Assembly (NCBI GenBank): GCA_037441845.1
Contig: JBBIRK010000003.1
Span: 32,001 to 96,000 of the forward strand
Direction of reading: 5' to 3'
Source of the DNA: Candidatus Zixiibacteriota bacterium
Lineage (GTDB): Bacteria; Zixibacteria; MSB-5A5; UBA10806; 4484-95
DNA length: 64,000 nt
The first letter of the stretch is position 1; the number at the start of each line of letters is the position of its first letter. Positions 11,109 to 21,700 of the stretch are shown in pieces. Made by a program: the position numbers and the translations under genes. The notes under the pieces are model-generated. The model was not told the DNA's origin. It was given only the letters and a program-made list of their open reading frames with translations, and ran no database searches.

Positions 11109-11981
11109 TTGGCAGACACCGGATTTCAGAAAGTGACTATATCCTGCTCGCCGTGCCTGGTCGATTTATTCTCGAATTTTTTTATTGAACGGGGTTCCAA
11201 CGGCGTAGTCCTCGATAATGAACCGCAGGGAAAAGAAACGACCATAACCGCCTATATCGACAGGAAAAGATTCCCCGATTTGTCGCCGGCGGAAATCGAT
11301 CGTTACTTCAAGGCGATCGCAAACAATTTCGATAACCCTTCATTCAAAATGATCGAATCCGATATCGTCGAAAACAAAGACTGGCTGGCGGGCTGGAAAG
11401 AATCTTTCCGGCCTATCCGGATTACCCGACGGATAGTCGTCAGCCCGAGCTGGACGATTCCCACGCCGAAAAATGACGAGCTGATAATTACAATCGATCC
11501 CGGTGCGGCTTTCGGCACCGGACATCATGAAACGACCGCTAATTGTATCAAAGCACTCGAAAAAATCGGTTGCCATAACAAAAAAGTGCTGGATTACGGA
11601 TGCGGCACCGGCATTCTCGCCATTGCTGCCTGCAAACTGGGCGCAAGCAGAGTTTCCGCTGTGGATAACGACCCCGAAGCGGTGGAATGCGCCAGAGGAA
11701 ATATGGCTCTGAATGGGGTCGATTTCGAACTTTATTTGTCCGCTGACTACGTTTCGCCCGATAAATGCGATTTGGTGGTCGCGAATATGACGACCGAACA
11801 GATTATTCGGTCATTTGAATCGCTTGACAGGTCGCTATCCACCCAAGGCCGCTTGATAATATCCGGGATTCTGAACGACGAAGAAAGTCGGATCCGCTCT
11901 TTTTTGGATGAGCGTCGATTTGCCATCGAAGAAAGAATCTCCGGCAACGAATGGCTTACTCTATCATTGCGCCGAGCTTGA
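11109..11981 (+). CDS. prmA: Ribosomal protein L11 methyltransferase
   Basis: IDPGAAFGTGHHETT, VLDYGCGTGIL; follows dnaJ. Confidence 0.95.
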   Translation: MADTGFQKVTISCSPCLVDLFSNFFIERGSNGVVLDNEPQGKETTITAYIDRKRFPDLSPAEIDRYFKAIANNFDNPSFKMIESDIVENKDWLAGWKESFRPIRITRRIVVSPSWTIPTPKNDELIITIDPGAAFGTGHHETTANCIKALEKIGCHNKKVLDYGCGTGILAIAACKLGASRVSAVDNDPEAVECARGNMALNGVDFELYLSADYVSPDKCDLVVANMTTEQIIRSFESLDRSLSTQGRLIISGILNDEESRIRSFLDERRFAIEERISGNEWLTLSLRRA

Positions 11982-11989
11982 GGATAATC

Positions 11990-12736
11990 ATGGAGATTAA
12001 GGCGACCTCGGTTTTTGTCAGCCCAGCCGATGTCGGCGATAAGACTCTAATGCTCGATCCGGCGGAATCGCATCATCTTGTCAGGGTGATGCGGGCTCGA
12101 ACAGGCGATATTTTCAGTGCAATCGATGGTTGCGGAAAACGGATTACGGCAAGAATAAGTTCTATCGAGAACGGCCGAGTGACGGCTGAGATACTCGAAA
12201 CCCGCGAGCGTGTGAATGAATTCGATGTAGAACTTGCGTTGTATTGCGGCCTTTGCCGCCCAGCGAAAGCGGATCTGATCGTGGAGAAGGCAACCGAACT
12301 TGGCGTGAACTCGATAGGTTTTTGTTTCAGCGAAAACAGCTATCTGAAAGACAAACGGCTGTTTTCCGAGGACAGTCGGCTGAATCGCTGGCGCAATATC
12401 GCTAGGAGCGCCGCCAAACAATCGTTGCGTTCGGTGGTGCCCCGAATATCGCCGCCGGTCGATCTCGAGGCCATGCTTGTTTACGCAGAAAAGTACCGGA
12501 AAAAGATAATCGCCGACCAGCATATCGGGATGCCGCCGGAAAGTAATTTCTTGAAACCCACCCCTGATTCTATATTTCTGCTCGTCGGTCCGGAGGCCGG
12601 GTTCACTGAGACTGAAATTTCCCGAATCACCGGGTCCGGATTTCAAGCGCTGAGTCTCGGACGGCGTCGGCTGCGGGCGGAAACCGCGGCGATAAGCCTG
12701 TTGTCGGTAATAGGATTTATTTTGGAGTCGAAATGA
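11990..12736 (+). CDS. rsmE: 16S rRNA m3U1498 methyltransferase RsmE
   Basis: HHLVRVMR, EKATELG, VGPEAGF, LGRRRLRAETA. Confidence 0.95.
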   Translation: MEIKATSVFVSPADVGDKTLMLDPAESHHLVRVMRARTGDIFSAIDGCGKRITARISSIENGRVTAEILETRERVNEFDVELALYCGLCRPAKADLIVEKATELGVNSIGFCFSENSYLKDKRLFSEDSRLNRWRNIARSAAKQSLRSVVPRISPPVDLEAMLVYAEKYRKKIIADQHIGMPPESNFLKPTPDSIFLLVGPEAGFTETEISRITGSGFQALSLGRRRLRAETAAISLLSVIGFILESK

Positions 12737-13068
12737 AACAGTGTATTTTCTGTAAAATTATCGAACGATCGCTCCCGGCGGAGATCGTTTTCGAAGACGA
12801 CAATTTGATCGCCATCAGGGATATAAATCCGCAGGCGCCGGTGCATGTGTTGATAATCCCGAAAATTCATTATCCCACGATCGAGGACGCGCCGGCTGCC
12901 GTTCTCGGCGAAATGTGCGCCAGGGCCGCCCGCTTGGCCTCCGATCTGAAGATTTCCACCGACGGTTATCGGACTGTGGTCAACTGCCGCGATCACGCAG
13001 GGCAGACCGTAATGCATCTGCATCTTCATCTTCTCGGCGGCCGTTGGTTCCATTGGCCGCCCGGATGA
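12733..13068 (+). CDS. Histidine triad (HIT) nucleotide-binding protein
   Basis: CIFCKI, DINPQAPVH, HLHLHLLGGR, C-terminal WPPG. Confidence 0.95.
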   Translation: MKQCIFCKIIERSLPAEIVFEDDNLIAIRDINPQAPVHVLIIPKIHYPTIEDAPAAVLGEMCARAARLASDLKISTDGYRTVVNCRDHAGQTVMHLHLHLLGGRWFHWPPG

Positions 13069-13153
13069 ACCTCATTTTCCGATCAAACCCGGGATCAGAC
13101 CATCCGCCCGTGTGCTTGACAAAATCGATCCCCTCTGGTTAATTTTGATCTCT

Positions 13154-15034
13154 ATGAAAAGCAAACCGCGCAAGAACAAAATGCCGCGTATCGATATTGG
13201 TTCCATCGGGCCGAAAATCGAGATCGAACTGCGCACAAAATTGAATAACTTGCCTGACTCCACCGGAGTATATATTTTCAAGAATGCCGAAGGTAAAGTG
13301 ATATATGTCGGCAAGGCCAAGAATCTTAAAAACCGCGTGAAATCATATTTCAGCCAAGCGCACGAGCATCCGCGGACCGCCCGCTTGGTGCAATCGATCG
13401 CCGATCTCGAAATCTTATCAACCGACAACGAGCTCGAGGCTTTGATACTCGAATCGAACTTGATCAAGGAATATCAGCCCCGTTATAACGTGAATCTGAA
13501 AGACGACAAGCGTTTTCCCTACATCAAAATCACCAACGAGGTCTATCCACGGGTGCTGGTGGTGCGGCGCGTTACCGACGATAAAGCACGATATTACGGA
13601 CCGTACACGAACGTAAAGTCGATGCGGAACACGCTGAAGATGATCCGCAAAATATTCCCCGTTCGTTCTTGCAATCTTGTGATTCCCTCATCGAAAAAGT
13701 ACCGTGTCTGCCTCGATTTCCATATTGGACGATGCCCGGGCTGCTGTGAACCGGGATTGACCAGCCCGGAGGAGTACGCCGAAATAATCTCCGGTGTGGT
13801 TTTGTTTTTGTCGGGGAAAACCGAAGAGGTGGCGAAACTGCTGAAATCGAAAATGGCCGCTTTATCGGAAAGTCTCGAATACGAGAAGGCAGCCCAGGTA
13901 AGGGATCAACTGAAAGCGATCGATTCAATTATCCAGCGACAAAAAGTGGACCAGGCTGATTTCAGCAGCCGCGATATAATCGCCATGGACCGCAGCGGCG
14001 AGGATATCTGTATCGTAGTGCTGCAGATCAGGCAGGGAGTCATGATCGGTCGCCAGCATTTTTACTTAAGCGCCGCCGCGGAGACGCGGGTTGAAGAAAT
14101 CATCCAATCATTTCTTCTAAGATATTATGCCGCAAGTGCGTATTTCCCTGATCAAATTTATATTCCGGAATTTCCCGACGATTGCGAATTGATGCATGCC
14201 TGGTTCGCCAAAAAGGCGGAAAACCCGCCTCGGATACTAAAACCGCAAAAAGGGCCGAAGCATCGACTGATGGAACTTGCCGAAAAAAACGCCCGTCTGC
14301 TGCTCGGAGAGCTTATCGCCCAGAAAAGCGCCTCGCGTAAAAGACCTAATGCCGCGCTTTTAAGTCTGCAAAGAGACCTATATCTAAAAAATGTCCCCTA
14401 TGCTATCGCCGCTTGCGATATTTCTAATCTCGGCGGTTCCGATGCAGTCGGCTCGGTGGTTTTTTTCTCCGATGGCAAGCCGTTAAAAAAGCGATACCGC
14501 CGCTTCAAGATAAATACGGTCGAGGGACAGGATGACTTTTCGATGATGGGGGAAGTGGTCACGCGCTATTTCAACAAGCTCGCCGAAAACGAAGAAGATT
14601 ATCCCGATCTTTTTTTGATCGACGGCGGTAAGGGTCAGTTGAACGCAGCCATGAGTGCGCTTCGTGAATTGGGGCTTGATTCGCAGCCGTGCGCCGCAAT
14701 CGCGAAAAGATTCGAGGAGGTGTATCTGCCCGGAAAAGGAACCCCGATCGGAATTCCGAGAACCTCGTCGGCGCTGAAATTGCTGCAAATGATCAGAGAC
14801 GAAGCTCATAGGTTCGCCCTGAACTATCACCGAAATCTGCGGGGTCGCAAAATCAAATCGTCTGAGCTCGACGCCATTTCGGGCATAGGCGAAAAAAGGA
14901 AGATCGCGCTGCTCACGACTTTCGGTTCGCTTGAAAAAATAAAGGCGGCTCGTCTGCAAGACCTTCTGGCCTCCCGAGTCGTCCCGAGATCGATCGCCGC
15001 GAAAATTTATAACCACTTTCATGAAACGAGCTGA
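13154..15034 (+). CDS. uvrC: Excinuclease ABC subunit C
   Basis: GIY-YIG (GVYIF..IYVGKA), DISN, IDGGKGQ, RDEAHRFA, HhH GIGEKR. Confidence 0.98.
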   Translation: MKSKPRKNKMPRIDIGSIGPKIEIELRTKLNNLPDSTGVYIFKNAEGKVIYVGKAKNLKNRVKSYFSQAHEHPRTARLVQSIADLEILSTDNELEALILESNLIKEYQPRYNVNLKDDKRFPYIKITNEVYPRVLVVRRVTDDKARYYGPYTNVKSMRNTLKMIRKIFPVRSCNLVIPSSKKYRVCLDFHIGRCPGCCEPGLTSPEEYAEIISGVVLFLSGKTEEVAKLLKSKMAALSESLEYEKAAQVRDQLKAIDSIIQRQKVDQADFSSRDIIAMDRSGEDICIVVLQIRQGVMIGRQHFYLSAAAETRVEEIIQSFLLRYYAASAYFPDQIYIPEFPDDCELMHAWFAKKAENPPRILKPQKGPKHRLMELAEKNARLLLGELIAQKSASRKRPNAALLSLQRDLYLKNVPYAIAACDISNLGGSDAVGSVVFFSDGKPLKKRYRRFKINTVEGQDDFSMMGEVVTRYFNKLAENEEDYPDLFLIDGGKGQLNAAMSALRELGLDSQPCAAIAKRFEEVYLPGKGTPIGIPRTSSALKLLQMIRDEAHRFALNYHRNLRGRKIKSSELDAISGIGEKRKIALLTTFGSLEKIKAARLQDLLASRVVPRSIAAKIYNHFHETS

Positions 15035-15037
15035 ACT

Positions 15038-15682
15038 ATGACTATGGGTTCCGCCGGCAATTTGATTTTCGATTGCCTTGAAGTCGGCCCGCTGGCCGTA
15101 AATTGCTATCTGCTCGGCCGAAACGGCGAAGGGGTTATCATCGACCCCGGAGATGAAGCGGAAAGGATTCTTGCCGCTGTAGCCGGATACGGACTTGAAA
15201 TAAAAGCAATCGTTCTCACTCACGGACACTCCGATCATATCGGTGCCGTCGCCGATATCAAAGACAAATTGAAAGCTCCGGTCTGTATCCATAGGGAGGA
15301 TGCCCGCATGCTCATCGATCCTATGGCCAATCTATCCGCGGTTTTTGGTGAGCCTATCGTCGCCCGCGAGGCGGATCGATTGCTGAATGACGGCGAATCG
15401 ATTTCTGCAGGCGGCCTTACTCTGGAGATTATTCATACTCCGGGCCATACCAGAGGCGGCATCAGTCTTTGGGAGAATAACTTGAAAATCGTTTTCACCG
15501 GCGATGCCTTATTCGCGGATTCTATCGGACGGACAGACTTTCCTCATTCGAATCACCAACAATTGATAAACGGAATAAAGAAGAACTTATTGACTCTGCC
15601 GCGGGAGACCATCGTTTATCCAGGACATGGCCCCTCGACTACGATCGGCCAGGAAAAGGATAATAATCCATGGCTGAATTGA
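15038..15682 (+). CDS. MBL-fold metallohydrolase (glyoxalase II-like)
   Basis: THGHSDH, TPGHT, FTGD, PGHG. Confidence 0.93.
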   Translation: MTMGSAGNLIFDCLEVGPLAVNCYLLGRNGEGVIIDPGDEAERILAAVAGYGLEIKAIVLTHGHSDHIGAVADIKDKLKAPVCIHREDARMLIDPMANLSAVFGEPIVAREADRLLNDGESISAGGLTLEIIHTPGHTRGGISLWENNLKIVFTGDALFADSIGRTDFPHSNHQQLINGIKKNLLTLPRETIVYPGHGPSTTIGQEKDNNPWLN

Positions 15683-16506
15683 TACCCTGCGACCTGCATG
15701 TTCATCCCGATTATTCCATCGATGCCCGCTCCACCATTAAGCAGTATTGCCGTAAGGCCCAGGAGATAAATCTTGCGGTGATCGGATTCACCACCCATTA
15801 CGATATAAATCCGGCCCGCGCCGATAAAGATGCGTTCATGGTTGTCGACGGCCGCTGGGTCGTTCCCGATGACAACGCGATCGCCAAGTATTTGGCGGAT
15901 ATCGAGGCCGCTCGGAACGAATTTAACGGTCTCAAAATACTATCGGGCCTGGAAATCGATTATTTTCCCGGGATCGAGGCCGAGGTTTACCGCCTTTCCC
16001 GAAAATTCGATTTCGATTATTTCATCGGATCGGTTCATTGTCTCGAGAATTTCGCGATATCCGAATCCAAAGACGCCAAGGTTTACTTCGAATCGCATAC
16101 GCCCGAGCAGATGGCCGATTCTTATTTCGATCTGCTATTTGCCTGTGTCGATTGCGGCCTGTTCGAGGTAATAGGCCACGCCGACTACTATGTTCGATTC
16201 GCCCCGCCCTATTTCGGCGAACGGACTTGTGAGCTATTCAGGGGCCGTTTGGAAATGATCGCGCGGACGGCGGCCCGCAACAGCACCGGATTTGAAATCA
16301 ATACTCAGCCGATGCGCCGGGGAAAGCATTTTCACCCGCGGCTCGATTTTCTGAAAGAATTGACCTCATTCGGAGCCACCATCAACTCCATCGGCTCCGA
16401 TGCGCATGACGCCGAAGATCTCGGCAAAAATATCCTCGATGCGCTCGTCGAACTGAAGAAAAACCAGTTACCGCTGAAGCCGTTTTATGTCGCCGAGGAA
16501 ACTTGA
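15670..16506 (+). CDS. PHP-family histidinol-phosphatase-like hydrolase
   Basis: DLHVH, IGSVH, GHAD, GSDAH. Confidence 0.88.
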   Translation: MAELIPCDLHVHPDYSIDARSTIKQYCRKAQEINLAVIGFTTHYDINPARADKDAFMVVDGRWVVPDDNAIAKYLADIEAARNEFNGLKILSGLEIDYFPGIEAEVYRLSRKFDFDYFIGSVHCLENFAISESKDAKVYFESHTPEQMADSYFDLLFACVDCGLFEVIGHADYYVRFAPPYFGERTCELFRGRLEMIARTAARNSTGFEINTQPMRRGKHFHPRLDFLKELTSFGATINSIGSDAHDAEDLGKNILDALVELKKNQLPLKPFYVAEET

Positions 16507-17110
16507 ACGCGAATTTTTCGCCCGTCCCACTTTGGTCGTGGCCGCCGAATTGTTGGGCAAAATCATCGTTTATAACAAGGGAAAAGAAAGACTCGGCGGT
16601 CGTTTGGTTGAGGCCGAGGCTTATATCGGCGAGGAAGACCCGGCCTGCCACGCTCACCGCGGCAAGACCCCGCGCAATTCCATAATGTACGGCCCTCCGG
16701 GATTTCTCTATGTCTATTTTACCTACGGCAATCATTACATGTTGAATCTGGTAACTGAAAAAGAAGGTTTCCCGGCGGCGGTTTTGCTCAGAGCAATGGA
16801 GCCGCTTTACGGAATCGAGATCATGCAGCAAAACCGGGGAGTAGCCGATCTGCCCGAGATTGCCAGTGGTCCGGGAAAATTGGCCAGGGCGCTTGGAATC
16901 ACCACTGATCAATACGGTCTGGATATCACCGGTGACCGGTTTTATCTTGTCGATGATGGTTATCGCTGCGAGGAGATTTGGACTTCGCCAAGGATCGGAT
17001 TGAAAAACGGCACCGACAGATACTGGCGCTTTTATCTTCGCTCAAATCCCCATGTTTCTAAAACTTCGGCGACTATCAACAAACTTGCTCGGCCTTATGG
17101 GTTCGAGTGA
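16487..17110 (+). CDS. DNA-3-methyladenine glycosylase (MPG/AAG family)
   Basis: VEAEAY, YVYFTYGNH, AVLLRA, SGPGKL, PRIG. Confidence 0.95.
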   Translation: MSPRKLEREFFARPTLVVAAELLGKIIVYNKGKERLGGRLVEAEAYIGEEDPACHAHRGKTPRNSIMYGPPGFLYVYFTYGNHYMLNLVTEKEGFPAAVLLRAMEPLYGIEIMQQNRGVADLPEIASGPGKLARALGITTDQYGLDITGDRFYLVDDGYRCEEIWTSPRIGLKNGTDRYWRFYLRSNPHVSKTSATINKLARPYGFE

Positions 17111-17189
17111 TCGAATCTCGATATAAACATTATGCCTTGCTTACTCTCGCGTCAAAAAGCTATAATGGCAGGTGGATGGAGACATTGAG

Positions 17190-17828
17190 ATGAAACTCGA
17201 ATATATTGCGCTCTCCGCGCCGGCTTTTTTGTTGGCGATTACCGTGCACGAGTTTTCCCACGCCTATATGGCTTATCGCTTCGGCGATCCGACCGCAAAA
17301 AACATGGGAAGATTGACACTTAATCCCCTGCCGCATCTGGATATTTTCGGTACCATCGCCCTTTTTCTCATCGGTTTCGGCTGGGCCAAACCGGTGATGG
17401 TCAATCCACATAATCTGAAGAATCCCCGCAAGGACAATCTCTGGATCGCCTTGGGCGGTCCTGCCTCGAACCTGCTTAGCGCTTTGATTCTCGGTTTGTT
17501 GTTCCGCGTTCTCGAACCGATATTGAGCCCGATCGATTTCGGCCAAATCCTTATGGTAATGCTGTTATTGGCTGTCAGGCTGAATATAATCCTTGCCGTA
17601 TTCAATCTGCTGCCGATTCCGCCGCTCGACGGTTACCATATCCTCGAGGGGGTGGTATCATCGGAGACTTATATTAAAATGCAAGCCTATGAGCAGTTCG
17701 GATCCATTATACTTCTCGGCTTGATAATGATTTCGAGCTTCGCCGATTTGAATATTTTCAGTGCGCTGTTCAGTCCTTTCCTGAGAATTTTGGGATCGCT
17801 GTTTGCGGGACGGAATCTGGCTTTTTAG
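17190..17828 (+). CDS. Site-2 protease (peptidase M50) family
   Basis: HEFSH, GRLTLNPL, GGPASN, FNLLPIPPLDG. Confidence 0.95.
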   Translation: MKLEYIALSAPAFLLAITVHEFSHAYMAYRFGDPTAKNMGRLTLNPLPHLDIFGTIALFLIGFGWAKPVMVNPHNLKNPRKDNLWIALGGPASNLLSALILGLLFRVLEPILSPIDFGQILMVMLLLAVRLNIILAVFNLLPIPPLDGYHILEGVVSSETYIKMQAYEQFGSIILLGLIMISSFADLNIFSALFSPFLRILGSLFAGRNLAF

Positions 17829-18534
17829 ATTTTTCTGTCTGGCCGTCATCGTCGTTTTTGCCTGCGGCCCTAAACCCCATCGCGAAATACCGGTATTTAA
17901 TGGCGAAAGCCTCAGCAAAGCATTCAACGCCGAATACGGTTCGCTGAAATCGCTGGTCATCAAGCTCAAGGTCAGTTTTGGTTTGAATGTTAATCAGGAG
18001 TTTGACTTGACCGCGGTCTATATTTTCCCCGATAGTTTTGCTTTCCTCGCCGAGGGTTTGCTGGGGATCGATCTCGCCCGCGGCGCCATTTGCGGTGACT
18101 CCGGCTTCTGGGAGTTACCCCGCAAAAATGAAATTTACACTATCTCTCGATTCGACAGGATTTGGATCGGCGATTCCCTATCTGAGCTATCGGTTGACGG
18201 TTTAGCGAAAATGGTCTTTTTTTTCGCCGAGGTCACCCTTGAAGGCGACTGGAAAGTTTTGGGGAAAGAGCTGATATTTACTGTGGTCGATGGCGTCCCC
18301 CAACGCATATTTTGTTTTGAAAGCCAATCCGGGCGACTGTTGTATCAGTATTTATCAGGGGCCGACTCGCTTATCGCAAGCTATCGATCATGGCGCTCGT
18401 TTGCAGGTCTCCGTATGCCGCGCACGATTCGATTATTCGACTTTTCCGGCGACGAATTGGCCGAATTGAAAATCAAGAAAATCAGTTCCGATCGTCGAAT
18501 TCCGCGTTCCATGTTTTTACCTGTGAATCAATAG
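17803..18534 (+). CDS. Hypothetical lipoprotein (LolA/DUF4292-like beta-rich)
   Basis: Lipobox-like VVFAC; beta-rich body ending YRSWRSFAGLRMPRTI; start uncertain. Confidence 0.6.
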   Translation: MRDGIWLFRFFCLAVIVVFACGPKPHREIPVFNGESLSKAFNAEYGSLKSLVIKLKVSFGLNVNQEFDLTAVYIFPDSFAFLAEGLLGIDLARGAICGDSGFWELPRKNEIYTISRFDRIWIGDSLSELSVDGLAKMVFFFAEVTLEGDWKVLGKELIFTVVDGVPQRIFCFESQSGRLLYQYLSGADSLIASYRSWRSFAGLRMPRTIRLFDFSGDELAELKIKKISSDRRIPRSMFLPVNQ

Positions 18535-18576
18535 GTTAAAGCTTGCGATTGCGCAAAGATTGCACACAAAAAAGGC

Positions 18577-18604
18577 TTGACAAAATAGACATATTGGTTA
18601 CTAT
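18577..18604 (+). promoter_or_regulatory. Sigma70-like promoter for the large secreted protein gene
   Basis: TTGACA-16 nt-TACTAT in an AT-rich intergenic region. Confidence 0.45.
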
Positions 18605-18753
18605 GGAATTGACAAAGTAGCGATCGAAAAATTGCAACTGTACAAATTTAATACTTCATTGGCGATTTTGTGGAAACAAAAGGAGGTGCATTTTATCAGG
18701 AATTTGCATTTTCCGGTCAATCCATTAACTGGCAACCAATTAAAGGAGCAACA

Positions 18754-21700
18754 ATGAACCTGAAAAACTACCGGTTTGTAATCGCGATAATGATTGCGGT
18801 AGTCGTGTCATTTAATCTTGCCTTCGCCGGTAATCCAGGGGGGCAGGATGAAAAGCTGATTACAAACGCCGTTGAAAAAACCTATCCGCCTATCACACTT
18901 AGGCATGGCGGACCCGATGGCGGCGGTTATTACTACATCGATAGCAATGACGACGCCAACAACGCCCCGGTGTATAACTGGATTGATATCACCGGGCCAG
19001 GCACACCGATAACCATGAGCGATGACAGCAACATGGGGCCGTTCAACCTGGGATTCAATTTCACTTTCTACGGCCAAACTTTTAACACTATTATGATTTG
19101 CTCCAACGGCTGGGCATCGTTCACCAGCACTGCGATTTCGTATATCAACGCCGCTATTCCTGGAACCGGTGAACCGGATAATTTGCTGGCAGCTTTCTGG
19201 GATGACTTGAATCCTGGGGATGGCGGCATGGTGTATTACTATGCGGATGCGGCCAACCAAAGATTCATAATTACCTGGGATGGCGTCCCCGGATTTGGTC
19301 GGCCGGGTAGCGCTTATACGTTCCAGATAATTATCCAGGAAAACGGCTATATCTACTACCAGTACAACACCATGACCGGTATAGTCAACTCCGCCACCGT
19401 CGGTATCGAAAACGGAACCGGTACCATAGGGACCCAATATATCTACAACCAGGACGGACTGACGAATGGCTTGGCTGTTTATTTCGGACTTGACGCTCCG
19501 ATTTTCGGCACCCACAATGTCGGGCCGACCAGATTCCTGTCGCCCGGTTTGTATGGCGAAATCGGAGACCCGATTTCCCCGCAGGTCGAGTTCAGAAACA
19601 TCGGACAGGTCACGGAAACCTTCCCGGTTCGGCTGATTATCCGTGAAGGTTCCAACGAGCTTTACAACCAGACTTCCTCGGTGGCCAATCTCCCCTCGAA
19701 CGGAACGGCCACGGTTACGTTCCCGAACTTCACCCCATCGTCGGCGGCCATCTATGATCTGATCGCCATTTCCGAATTGAGCAACGACGAAAATCGCACC
19801 AACGACACCTTACGGACCAATTACCGCGTCTTTTCGCAGATGGCGTACTACGATTTCGAAGCCAACGGCGTATTCACTCCCGACGGCGTTTGGGAATGGG
19901 GCGTTCCGAGTTCCGGACCGGGAAGCGCCCACTCCGGCGCCAATCTCTGGGCCACGGTCTTGGCCGGCGACTATCCTAACGGCAATACGTCAAGTTTGAT
20001 TACCACGCCGTTCGGCCTCGGCCAGGGTGCGATTTTGAGTTTCTGGCACTGGTATGACACCGAAGCCAGATTTGACGGCTGCAACGTGAAGATATCCACG
20101 GATGGCGGTGCTACATGGGAACTGCTGCATCCGATGGGCGGCTACGACGACGAGCCGTATTCCGATAATCCGTTGTATCCCGATTCAATCTTCACCGGCC
20201 ACGACGTCGGTGAATTATGGCAGGAAGAGTCTTTCGATCTTTCCGCTTATGGCGGTATGTCGGCGATATTCAGATTCGACTTCGGCAGCGACGGTTCCGT
20301 CGTGTATCCGGGCTGGTATATCGATGACTTGAGTGTTTTGGGTGGCGGCGGAGTCGAACCCGGCTACCTGATGGGGGCGGTTCGCGTCAGCGGCACCGGC
20401 ACGCCGATTCAAGGAGCTGTGGTCAACGTCAGCGCCGTCTATGATACTACTGGAGCCGACGGCCGCTATTCGCTGCTGCTTTACCCAGGAACTTATACGG
20501 TAAACGTCACCGCCCAATATCATAATTCAGCCAGCGCTCAGGTAACCATTACCGAAAACGACACTACCGTTCAGGATTTCAGCCTGACCACTCCTCAGTT
20601 GTCATTTGACGCTTCACCGATCAATGTCGCTATGGCAAGGGGAACGACCCGCGACATCGTCAGAACCATGCAGAACACCGGTGACGGTCCTCTCGATTAT
20701 CGCGTCGATATCTCCTATGGCAGGCTTAGAGTGAACCCTGTGCCTCCACCGTCGTTTGCTGAAACCCCGGTAATCGGTCAATCCAATCCCGATAAGGCGA
20801 ATTATCCCGGCGATCTGGCAACCTTGCTGAGAAACAGCAGACCGCTTGAACCGCCTGCGATACTCGATTTCGGCGATGAATTGGCTTGGTTCGATTTCCA
20901 GAACGAAGCCAGCGACAACCAGCTGTTGGGCGTTGTTTTCGCAATGGATCACTTCTGGGTTTCGGGCGGCGCGCAGAATACCGATCCGAATCATCTTTAC
21001 AAATTCAACCGGCAGGGGATACTTGTAGAAACCTATAACCAGAACACCACCAGCTGGGGCTGGCTTGACCTTGCCTGGGACGGTGAATATATCTACGGCA
21101 CCGACTTCAACACCGACATCATAAGTCAAATCGACCCGACAACCGGGCAAATCGTCGGCACCGTGCCTAATCCCACCGCAGGCGGTTTGGGGTTGGCCTA
21201 CGACCCGGCCACCGATCATTTCTGGGGTTGCAACTGGTTCGGTTCCCCGATAATCGAATTCACCCGCCAGGGAACGGTCGTCAACACCTACCCGCAAGCG
21301 CCTTATACGGCCGTGTTCGGCCTTGCCTGGGATAACTGGTCGCCTGGTGGACCGTACCTCTGGGCCTTCTGCCAGGATCCCGCGGCTGTCGTGGCTCAAT
21401 TCAATCCTGCGACCGGCTCCTGGACTGGAGTTACGTTCAATACCGTGAACCGAAGCACCGATCCGAATAACCCGGATCTCGCTGCGGGTTGCGAAGCCAC
21501 CGTCGAGTACGACCCGTCCAAGGTCACTCTGTTGACTCTTATTCAGGGAAATACCGCCGACGGCGTTGGTATCTATGAATTGGCACCTTATACGACATGG
21601 CTTGAGATCACGCCGGGTTCAGGCACGATACCGGCGGGCGGTTCGCAACCGCTGACGTTCCATATCGACCTCACCGGACCTAATCTCGATACGGTAAGCG

